IMG/VR virus record: IMGVR_UViG_3300032893_000157
Span: 1-39,056 of that record
Source of the DNA: a virus
Reading direction: 5' to 3' (one strand)
Length of the DNA stretch: 39,056 nt
The translations under genes were made by a program, and so were the position numbers. How positions within the stretch are numbered: the first letter of the stretch is position 1; every line of letters starts with the position of its first letter. The notes beneath the pieces are model-generated. The model worked only from the letters and a program-made list of their open reading frames with translations, did not search any database and was not told where the DNA came from. Shown piece after piece: positions 1 through 7,515 of this stretch.

Positions 1-127
1 TTTTGCGACTAACTGAGGCCCTTATGACCACACATATTATACCATTAAGCAACAGCATGTCCAATATGTCCTATCTTGATTGTTGGATTACACCAGATCT
101 CAAAACCGGCTTTATCTGCTTTAATAC
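1..127. repeat. Terminal direct repeat, copy 1 (exact copy of 38930-39056); circular-contig overlap
   Basis: Compared base by base: the first 127 nt (ttttgcgactaactgagg...tctgctttaatac) equal the last 127 nt of the window. The repeat cuts through the 3' end of the 45-647 ORF. Confidence 0.9.
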
Positions 128-647
128 AAAACTCCACATCTTCAGTGTGAAATTCACCGTCAACCGGTGATTCATAAGTAGCAAAGTAGGGTTTATCAAG
201 CTTCTCAAAGACCGACATCTTGATCAGTGTAAAGCCGAGTCCTAGCGAACCACACTGGAAAGTCGTCTTTGGTACCTGAGCGGCCGGCATATCAATAAAC
301 TTACCGTCCTTACCCTTAATCTTAGCGGTCGATAGCAGTTCGTTATATTGAGGTGTAAATCGTTGATTGTAGTTCGCGCCAATAATATCTTTGTCAGCGT
401 CGAGCAAGCGTAGTATGCCAGAGTGCGGAAAAGTCATGTCGCAATCAATTGACATGTAGTGTGAGGCTCCAGCTTCTTGAGCGGTTTTAACCAGATAATT
501 AACATTAAACGGTTTATAACCGCCATTCTGAAAAGCCACAGCATACTGAACATTATTGTCAGCTAGTGTCTTTAAGGCCGGCAGTAAGCACGACACAGTT
601 TCAGTCTGCATCGTGCCACCACTAGCTACCCCTATAAAGACTAACAT
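45..647 (-). CDS. GT-A fold (family-2-like) glycosyltransferase
   Basis: 200-aa ORF with N-terminal strand LVFIGVASGG, a DxD-type motif in YMSIDCDMTFP and EDVEFCIKADKAGFEIW, as in GT2-like enzymes. It is the last gene of the capsid block, and a terminator hairpin follows it across the circular junction. Confidence 0.65.
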   Translation of the reverse strand: MLVFIGVASGGTMQTETVSCLLPALKTLADNNVQYAVAFQNGGYKPFNVNYLVKTAQEAGASHYMSIDCDMTFPHSGILRLLDADKDIIGANYNQRFTPQYNELLSTAKIKGKDGKFIDMPAAQVPKTTFQCGSLGLGFTLIKMSVFEKLDKPYFATYESPVDGEFHTEDVEFCIKADKAGFEIWCNPTIKIGHIGHAVA

Positions 648-658
648 TAAGTCTTATT

Positions 659-1354
659 CTAGTAGGTGTCGGCGACAGGCGCAATAGCAGTTGTGAAAGT
701 CGTAGTCGAGTAACTGGCGGTAGTCAAGAATGTACCGTAAGTTTCGCTAGTGACTTTAAAGGCTCCAAAGTTACCGATCGTGTGAGCAATGTAGCGTCCG
801 CTAGTGTTGTCACCCTGTAACAAGATGAAGTATTTGGCGGGACCAACTGCTGAGTAAGTTGCCGTAAACGGTACTTGCTGATAGGCAGTCGAACCTGAAG
901 CCGATACATTTGTTGCGCTTTTTGCAACAACCGTACCACTGGAGTTAGCTAGTCCCACATTAATGTGACCAGCTACCGCTGTACCGTTCAAGATCGCAAT
1001 GCCTGTTAAGACAGCGTTGACCGGTATAAACACTTCACAAGAATAGGTTTCAGTTGTAACAATTGAGGCGTTTGTAGCGCCTGAGCTTGCGGCGGCGGCG
1101 GCTGTTGGTTGTACGCCACCTGAGTGAAACACTGTTGGGCTGCTAAAGCCACCGGCTGAGGCAAGACCGCCAGTTGGCGTAAAGACGCCAGTAACCGATT
1201 GTGCACCAGTGTTAGTAACCGCCGAAGCAGTTAGTCCACCGTTGGCTGTCACCGCACCGGTAACCGTCAATGTTCCCTCAAAAGACACATTCTTTTTCGT
1301 ATTTAAGCCTGCGCTTTGAATAGGGGGATGGTTGTCTTCTATATATTGAGTCAT
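659..1354 (-). CDS. Thr/Ser/Ala/Gly-rich capsid-module protein (decoration or fibre-like), function unknown
   Basis: 231-aa ORF, second gene downstream of the major capsid gene. Strongly T/S/A/G-rich (TVTGAVTANGGLTASAVTNTGAQSVTG...). Opposite-frame ORFs at this locus are low-complexity shadows. Confidence 0.6.
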   Translation of the reverse strand: MTQYIEDNHPPIQSAGLNTKKNVSFEGTLTVTGAVTANGGLTASAVTNTGAQSVTGVFTPTGGLASAGGFSSPTVFHSGGVQPTAAAAASSGATNASIVTTETYSCEVFIPVNAVLTGIAILNGTAVAGHINVGLANSSGTVVAKSATNVSASGSTAYQQVPFTATYSAVGPAKYFILLQGDNTSGRYIAHTIGNFGAFKVTSETYGTFLTTASYSTTTFTTAIAPVADTY

Positions 1355-1367
1355 ATTAACCCTCCTA

Positions 1368-2117
1368 TTAAATTAGCGACATGTAAAATGCGTAGTATTT
1401 TGTGTCAACTGTGGCTTCTGGTGCCCATCCTACACGCTGAGTAACTGTTGATGTGCCCTCAGTTAAGAGTGCTCCAGCTACAGCGTTTGAGGTTAGGATA
1501 CCGCCAGCGGCCTTGGCAATGATACCATCAGACAAAACTGAGGTAACGCCGCGAACTTTAGACCAGAAGTAGTAGTTAATTGCTACTGCTGTCTCATTGA
1601 CCCCAGCGCAAACATAGCTGGAGCTAGAGCCTGGATGAACAACCACGTTGTATTGTGGATTGTAGACCAGTTCTACTTTGGTGTCACTCAAACTTAAAGC
1701 GGCTGGTAGCGAGTCGTGGATGTAGACATCGATAGCGTGAGTGTCAGAACCGCTAGAGTAGTCAACGGAGTTACCGCTGATCTCCAACACTTGACCCTTA
1801 CCAGTACCATCATTGATGACTGCGTAACCACCGGCGTATTGATTGGCCGTGACTGTACCACCACCGGAAACGGTGATTTTAGTCGAACCGGCAGCAATGT
1901 TGCTGACTGCGGCCAAGCTGCGGTTAGTATCGTTAGATACTTTAGCAGCCGCGATGTTAGCTAGACCTGTAGCCAGTGCTACTGCACCGTTATAAGTCCA
2001 AGCGTAAAGTCCGCCGCGACGAGTAGCGCCCAGTGTGCCTAGAGCTACATCGTTACTAGTTGAATAGGTTTGATTGACTTGTGCTGTTGTGATTTGTGTG
2101 AATCCTGTGAAACTCAT
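1368..2117 (-). CDS. Putative capsid decoration/auxiliary protein
   Basis: 249-aa ORF starting 10 nt after the major capsid gene stop. Assigned by position only; no catalytic motif seen. Confidence 0.5.
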   Translation of the reverse strand: MSFTGFTQITTAQVNQTYSTSNDVALGTLGATRRGGLYAWTYNGAVALATGLANIAAAKVSNDTNRSLAAVSNIAAGSTKITVSGGGTVTANQYAGGYAVINDGTGKGQVLEISGNSVDYSSGSDTHAIDVYIHDSLPAALSLSDTKVELVYNPQYNVVVHPGSSSSYVCAGVNETAVAINYYFWSKVRGVTSVLSDGIIAKAAGGILTSNAVAGALLTEGTSTVTQRVGWAPEATVDTKYYAFYMSLI

Positions 2118-2126
2118 AGCTACCTC

Positions 2127-3191
2127 CTAAGTAGTTGTTACACCAGTTATGACGCCAGATCGCTTTGGATTGCGGTTGACGTAGTTGCCGTAAATGGCTA
2201 TTTGTCGAACATCGCCAAGGCCGTTGACCGGCTTGGCTTCTTTGCTAACTTGCCAAGCAGTTGTAACTACTTCCTCTAACGCACCCTTGGTGACTTCCTC
2301 ACCCATTTGGATGTTGTCACAGTAGGCGATAGAAGAGCTAACAAATTCCAAGTGGTTTTCGTTAAGTGTGTAGACCAGACCGCTTGGGCATTGGTCATCC
2401 TTAACTACAGGGATGCCACGGAAATATTGAGACTCGTAACCAGCCATGCCTACTAGCTGTGCATCGACAGCTACACCCATTGGAGTGTAAGGAGTGACAC
2501 GTAAGTTACCGCGTGAGGTGTCGTAATTACCGCGCGACTTAGCTTCCATCAATTTTTCAATTAATGTCCAGCAAGTCTTAGTAGTTAGAATCAAGTTGGT
2601 TGACTCTAGCTTACTTGCAGCGGCGCTACATAGATCGATCTGAGCGGCTAGCGAGCTGAATGAAATCACACCGCTCGAAGCAGCCGTTACTTGACCGTTA
2701 ATGTAGGTACCATAGGTTGTACGGCTTAAACCACCGTAGCTCGAACTGTAGGTTGCGTTGTCAGTGGACAACTGAAGTCCATCGATAGCGGAGCCTTGAC
2801 CAAGACCGTAGAAGCGAGAACCAGCGGCAGCAATCAAGCTGTTGCGGATAACATCAAACTTCCTTTTAACCAAGTTAATGACCTGTGCTTTGGTCTGGTT
2901 CAAACCAAGTTCGGCGTAACCTATAATTACTGAGTCGCCAAGACCTTTGGCTTCCCATTGCAGATTCACATCTGTCGTGTTGTCTGCTGTATTAAAGTTG
3001 CCAATACCTTGGAAGTCGATAGCTGTAGATACTTCGCTAACCTGAATAGGTTGCTTTTCGTACACACCCATTTCCCAAGGAGTTACCTTACCGGTTGCGC
3101 GTCCAACAAGGACACTCGAACCGTGTACGGCATCTACAACAAAGCTGGCAATGCGCTGTGATGTAGTCGTAATTAGACGGCTATAGTCCAA
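2127..3191 (-). CDS. Major capsid protein (HK97-fold type inferred)
   Basis: 354-aa ORF after portal and scaffold, with typical size and composition. The only start behind the in-frame upstream TAA is TTG at 3191, preceded by GAGGGGAG with a 6-nt spacer. The next in-frame ATG is at codon 41. Confidence 0.7.
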   Translation of the reverse strand: MDYSRLITTTSQRIASFVVDAVHGSSVLVGRATGKVTPWEMGVYEKQPIQVSEVSTAIDFQGIGNFNTADNTTDVNLQWEAKGLGDSVIIGYAELGLNQTKAQVINLVKRKFDVIRNSLIAAAGSRFYGLGQGSAIDGLQLSTDNATYSSSYGGLSRTTYGTYINGQVTAASSGVISFSSLAAQIDLCSAAASKLESTNLILTTKTCWTLIEKLMEAKSRGNYDTSRGNLRVTPYTPMGVAVDAQLVGMAGYESQYFRGIPVVKDDQCPSGLVYTLNENHLEFVSSSIAYCDNIQMGEEVTKGALEEVVTTAWQVSKEAKPVNGLGDVRQIAIYGNYVNRNPKRSGVITGVTTT

Positions 3192-3212
3192 TTTATGCTC
3201 CCCTCTTTAGTT

Positions 3213-3244
3213 AAATAAAAAAGCCCTCACATAGCTGTGAGAGC
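3213..3244 (-). terminator. Conserved stem-loop + U-tract element H1 (intrinsic-terminator-like), upstream of the capsid gene
   Basis: Minus strand reads GCTCTCACA-gcta-TGTGAGGGC then TTTTTTATTTA. The single plus-strand C/A mismatch becomes a G-U pair in the minus-strand RNA. Related to H2-H4. Confidence 0.65.
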
Positions 3245-3317
3245 TGACGTTTTTAACATACCACAAACCTGTGAAAAATACAACTACTCGTTCACAACCG
3301 CAGCCCAAGCGGTTAAA

Positions 3318-3560
3318 TTAAAGCTCTATGTTATCTAAGAGATACTGCAATGAATCTCCTAGCCTATTTATTCTAGCGGTAACGGTATTTGATGACGGGG
3401 CATCAGAGTCAGAACTTGGTGCATGATTGGTAATTGGATCGAGTCTCATCACGATAGCCGAAGTAAGTTCCTCAAGTCGTGACAGACTTTGTAGTAAGGG
3501 TATTACCCTTTCAGATTTGGTAATATTTGGATTAGCTAAAGTCGCGTTGTCAGTGTTCAT
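3318..3560 (-). CDS. Hypothetical protein (80 aa) between scaffold and capsid genes
   Basis: ORF in the co-directional array; no motif recognised. Confidence 0.5.
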   Translation of the reverse strand: MNTDNATLANPNITKSERVIPLLQSLSRLEELTSAIVMRLDPITNHAPSSDSDAPSSNTVTARINRLGDSLQYLLDNIEL

Positions 3561-3609
3561 GTCTACTCGCTTTCCCTTGGGCTGCGAATGTTAAGGAGCT
3601 ATGGAAAAG

Positions 3610-3679
3610 CCCCTCTATCATTCAAGCCGTCGAATGTACCTATCTGGCCAGATGATACGAGAGAATGATATTTGTGGGG
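3610..3679 (-). other. Long imperfect hairpin with an apical 12-bp perfect palindrome ATCTGGCCAGAT
   Basis: CCCC(3610-13)/GGGG(3676-79) and TATCATTC(3616-23)/GAATGATA(3663-70) pair around the palindrome at 3642-3653. On the minus strand the element is followed by CTTTTCC. Confidence 0.4.
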
Positions 3680-3716
3680 CTTTGGCGTTTGGGACGGTCC
3701 CCAATTAAGTATAGTC

Positions 3717-4676
3717 TTAGAGATCGGACGTATCAACTGCCCAAATACTTTTAGCTGAACCAGCTTTGTAGACTTTAGGCTTATCGCTACCACCACCGCT
3801 AACACTTGAGCCACCACCTACCATACCACCGCGTTTCTTAACTAAATCAGCTTCGGCTTTAGCCTTAGCCTCGGCTTCAGCCGCGCCTTTTTCTTTATTA
3901 TATAGAGCAAAGATTGTGCCAAACGAGCGGATAGCTGGCTTACCGGCCTTAACGAGTTTGTCGTTGTGCTCGATCATGTATTTAAAGACATCATCGACTA
4001 ACTTAACTGATGGATCTTCTCTAAAGTTAGGATCAGTCGCTTTAGCTTTCGGTGCCTCGATTAAACCGGCTTCGATTAACTGGGCAATCTCTGCATCCCA
4101 AGCATCCATTTGCTCTTTTTGGCTGGCAGCTGTCGCTTCTTGCTCTTGCTGAGCTTCAATTGCTTCATCATATTCAGCCTGGCGGTCAGCTTTTAGGCCG
4201 CGCATTTCATTTAAAGCGTCCAAAACTTCAGCTAGCTGCTTATCATTCTTAAAGCGCATCTCATCAGGAATACCGCCGTCAACGGTTATTTTAAATGGCT
4301 GTGGTGTGGCATTGCCTTCATCGTCAACCACCATGCCTTCAACTTCGATCCAAAGGTCAGAAAAGTCCGGTGCCTCAATTTGCACTGGCTTTTCTTCTTG
4401 CTCCATTACTTCGTCGGTTGATTTCGCTTCAGATTCTTCTTTAACTTCAGCAACTTGCTCCTCTTCTTTTGTTTCTTCTGTTTCCTTAGCAGCATTTTCG
4501 TCGTTAGCATCTGCTTCCTTTGCTTGACCGGCACCACCATCACCGAAGTTAGTTTTAACGGTTGGCTGTTTGCCTAGAATCCGATCAACATAAGCAAGCT
4601 CTTCAGCCTCGCTCAATTCTGTTGTTAATTCGTCAGCATTAGCTGTACTAGTTTGAGCTGTAGAGCTGTCGTCCAT
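3717..4676 (-). CDS. Putative scaffolding protein
   Basis: 319 aa, very acidic, Glu/Ala/Lys-rich and helix-prone (EETKEEEQVAEVKEESEAK..., AEAEAKAKAEADLVKK). Located between portal and capsid genes. Confidence 0.6.
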   Translation of the reverse strand: MDDSSTAQTSTANADELTTELSEAEELAYVDRILGKQPTVKTNFGDGGAGQAKEADANDENAAKETEETKEEEQVAEVKEESEAKSTDEVMEQEEKPVQIEAPDFSDLWIEVEGMVVDDEGNATPQPFKITVDGGIPDEMRFKNDKQLAEVLDALNEMRGLKADRQAEYDEAIEAQQEQEATAASQKEQMDAWDAEIAQLIEAGLIEAPKAKATDPNFREDPSVKLVDDVFKYMIEHNDKLVKAGKPAIRSFGTIFALYNKEKGAAEAEAKAKAEADLVKKRGGMVGGGSSVSGGGSDKPKVYKAGSAKSIWAVDTSDL

Positions 4677-4709
4677 CTTGTACCCCTTTAATTACTTAAA
4701 GTATATCAC

Positions 4710-6845
4710 CTACTGTTGTGGTGGCAATGCTTGTTGTGCAGACGGTGCTGCTTGTGCCATCGGTGGCGTCGGTGCTAATTCTTGAACTTGATTATTAGGA
4801 TTGATTAAGGTTGAGGTGTTAGTGCCAACGTGAGCCATGCCAGCTTGCATTTCAAGATCATGTAAAGCTGACGGCTGTAAGCCTTGGTTAATTTCCATCT
4901 GAGCTTGAACATCTGGCGGTGCGTCGCGGTAGTTAAAGGTTTCTTTGGCTCGGATTGGCGGCATCATCGTATTCGGGTTGGTTGGCTGCTGATCTTGCAT
5001 TTTAGCCATCTTCAGTTTAGCCTGACCAATAATTTGCTGTATGAAGTTCTGAATATTCTTTTGCTCGTCAGGTTGTAGCATATGATATTTATTAGTTAAT
5101 AGGTAGGCGTTCAAGTGCTTGAGATAGTCATCTTCAATGTCGTCACGCTCAACCGGCTTCTTGCCAGCGATGACGGCTTGCAAGTCTTCTTCAGCTTCAC
5201 GGTTCTGAATATCTTTTTCAGCGTCATCCATAGCACCGAATGGTAATAATTGCTCTTTAACGAATTGCTGGTAAGCTTCTTCAGGATCGTCGAACAGACC
5301 AAGTTCGCGGTAAGCAATTAAGGTTGAAACTTTATTCATTCTCATAAGATCCATAATCGCCATACGCTTTTGCTGGCGGTCAATCGGCAGGCTAGTGCCG
5401 GCTTTGACGTTGATCTTAATGCCTAAGTTCTGAGCGATCTTTGGCTTACTAATAACAATCGAGACAAAGTTACCATCATCACCTTGATAATTAAAGTAAT
5501 GTTCGTCAGTGAAATAACGGTACATCATTTGAGCTTCTAGCTGGTAGAAGCGCGTCATACCGATTTCAATACAGTCAAGTAGATCAGCCTGCCGGCCTTG
5601 GCCTTGGTTCTTTAGAATCAGATCTTGAGTGGCTGTGTTCTGATTAGTGGCGTGGCCTTGCATAACTTGATTAGCGCCCCAAGTGTCCTCAATCGATGCT
5701 TTAAGATCTTGCTTGTCCTCAATAATATAAACTGGCATGTTTTGTTGCTGCCAAACGGTGAAAGCCTTATTAACATCTGGCGTGTCGAGCAGTACGCGTT
5801 GGATCGGCGAAAAGTGAATTTTAGAAACATCTTTTTGGGTAATTGTGCCCTTAGCAAAGATCGGTACACCGGTGCCACCATACTTAGCTGACTCGGCAAT
5901 AACCTGACCGCGCTTGTTGTAGTTCTGCTGCAAGTATTTAGACTGCTCCATAAATGACGTGTGGTCGATATGGCTTGAGCCGTCATTTAATAGATTCCAA
6001 AAGACATACGGCATCATTTGGAATTCGGTTAAGTTCTTGCCGCCTTCATCCCAGTTCGGATCGTCAATCACTCCAAAACAATGATCTTTGTAATGCCAGC
6101 CAACAACTAGCTTTTTCTCGTCCTCAGCGTCAATAAATAGCCAATCTTCTTTAACTGTGTACTGAGTTTCACTCAATGAAACTGGATTATCTGCCACGCC
6201 AAAAAGCTCTAAAATCTTGTCTTTTTGGTCAGGAAACTGCTTAATTAGGTCGCCAGGCGTCTTTTTTAGCTTTTCTGATACATAATCCGGCTCTTCATAG
6301 AGTGTTGAGCGCTTGCCTATTGTCACGGCGTCAGGATTGATATGCTCAAACACAATCGTATCTCTAGCCGCATCGTAGCGCCATTTACCAATCCCTACCC
6401 GTTCACCAACCAATAGATCCTGTACAATCAACCTAATCTTATGCTTAGCGTGCTGATTCTCGGCGTGCATTTGTAAGACGTTCTCAAAGTCTTGCGCGAA
6501 TAGCTTGGACATCATGTCTTTATTAGCCGGCGTAAGCTCTGGTGCGGTGATCTGCTCGGTTACAAACGGCACGATAGTTCTAACAGCGATAAATTGTCGA
6601 TTGTCGGCAAAGACTTCCTGATACCGGTCATCGACTAACTGCTCTTCAACATAGCCGGCTAGATAGTTTTTGCGGTTGTCATCGCGGATAGCTTTTAATC
6701 CACGTTTCTTGTTTGTACTTTTATTAAAAAAGGTTTCGGCTTCGTTATGACGCTTCTTAACGATCTCCAAAAACTCGCTAGGCTCGATTAAATCTGTATA
6801 AATTTGTTCTAAATCTGGTGTCATTGTATATAAAAAGCTCTCCAA
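4710..6845 (-). CDS. Portal protein
   Basis: 711-aa ORF, the first large gene downstream of the terminase and upstream of the scaffold. Assigned by size and position; Pro/Gln-rich C-terminal tail. Confidence 0.65.
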   Translation of the reverse strand: MESFLYTMTPDLEQIYTDLIEPSEFLEIVKKRHNEAETFFNKSTNKKRGLKAIRDDNRKNYLAGYVEEQLVDDRYQEVFADNRQFIAVRTIVPFVTEQITAPELTPANKDMMSKLFAQDFENVLQMHAENQHAKHKIRLIVQDLLVGERVGIGKWRYDAARDTIVFEHINPDAVTIGKRSTLYEEPDYVSEKLKKTPGDLIKQFPDQKDKILELFGVADNPVSLSETQYTVKEDWLFIDAEDEKKLVVGWHYKDHCFGVIDDPNWDEGGKNLTEFQMMPYVFWNLLNDGSSHIDHTSFMEQSKYLQQNYNKRGQVIAESAKYGGTGVPIFAKGTITQKDVSKIHFSPIQRVLLDTPDVNKAFTVWQQQNMPVYIIEDKQDLKASIEDTWGANQVMQGHATNQNTATQDLILKNQGQGRQADLLDCIEIGMTRFYQLEAQMMYRYFTDEHYFNYQGDDGNFVSIVISKPKIAQNLGIKINVKAGTSLPIDRQQKRMAIMDLMRMNKVSTLIAYRELGLFDDPEEAYQQFVKEQLLPFGAMDDAEKDIQNREAEEDLQAVIAGKKPVERDDIEDDYLKHLNAYLLTNKYHMLQPDEQKNIQNFIQQIIGQAKLKMAKMQDQQPTNPNTMMPPIRAKETFNYRDAPPDVQAQMEINQGLQPSALHDLEMQAGMAHVGTNTSTLINPNNQVQELAPTPPMAQAAPSAQQALPPQQ

Positions 6846-6877
6846 TTAAGCTGAAGAGCTGATATTTACATAATACT

Positions 6878-7204
6878 TCACATCATTGCCTTTCGCAATT
6901 GGTCTGGTGTAAAGAGAGCCTTGGCTTGTTCGGGGTACAATCTAGCGAAGCGAACATTGATTGAGCCATCGGCATTATATGGTTGTTGGATTTCATGCTC
7001 ATGATCCTCAAGATCTATTGTGCGCTGCCAACGAGCATCGCCTGAGCTAGTAATAATCGGTGCAAGTTTATAGCGGCACTCACTACAGATCTTCGGGTAG
7101 TATTTCCCCTGTACCACTAGGCTTGTCACCGCCGGTCGTATCTTGCAAACTTCGCAAGTATTGCTTACGTCTGGCTCGGCCGATACTGACAATTGGTGGC
7201 TCAC
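6878..7204 (-). CDS. Small zinc-ribbon-like protein
   Basis: 108-aa ORF with CEVC...CSEC (two CxxC pairs). GTG start at 7204 with GGAG 9 nt upstream. Overlaps the 7083-7319 ORF by 122 nt in the +1 frame. Confidence 0.5.
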   Translation of the reverse strand: MSHQLSVSAEPDVSNTCEVCKIRPAVTSLVVQGKYYPKICSECRYKLAPIITSSGDARWQRTIDLEDHEHEIQQPYNADGSINVRFARLYPEQAKALFTPDQLRKAMM

Positions 7205-7319
7205 TTATAACGACTCCATCATCTTTATCATACTCTGGCTGAAAGCCTGGCTCCTCGGTATCTGCCTCAACTACCTGAGAATTCTCGTCATCGTCGATCA
7301 GTTCGTCCCACTGTGGCAT
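7083..7319 (-). CDS. Small acidic protein (C-terminal third uncertain)
   Basis: 78-aa ORF with an acidic N-terminus (MPQWDELIDDDENSQVVEADTEEPGF). Its 3' 122 nt overlap the next ORF. Confidence 0.4.
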   Translation of the reverse strand: MPQWDELIDDDENSQVVEADTEEPGFQPEYDKDDGVVISEPPIVSIGRARRKQYLRSLQDTTGGDKPSGTGEILPEDL

Positions 7320-7515
7320 TGTAGCCTTTCACTAGTGGTTTATCTGGTGGCGGTAAGTTTACGCTATAAGTACCTTTAGTAAAGCCATCTACTTCTATTG
7401 TTGCTGTAGAATTGTCAACAATATCTTTTAGGCCATCGTACTTTTCCACCAGTAGTTTATCGATGTCTTGCTCAAGCGCTGAAATACCCAGCCATCGTTT
7501 TAATAGTCTTTTCAT
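7288..7515 (-). CDS. Hypothetical protein (75 aa)
   Basis: ORF whose start overlaps the chaperonin gene stop by 4 nt. Confidence 0.5.
   Translation of the reverse strand: MKRLLKRWLGISALEQDIDKLLVEKYDGLKDIVDNSTATIEVDGFTKGTYSVNLPPPDKPLVKGYNATVGRTDRR

Noticed and set aside
3599-3817. 72-aa minus-strand ORF overlapping the scaffold gene 3' end, and a 35-aa plus-strand mini-ORF at 3601 preceded by AAGGAG.
   Set aside because: The first is an off-frame extension of the scaffold region. The second has only a 2-nt SD-ATG spacing, lies inside the long hairpin and is antisense to the operon.
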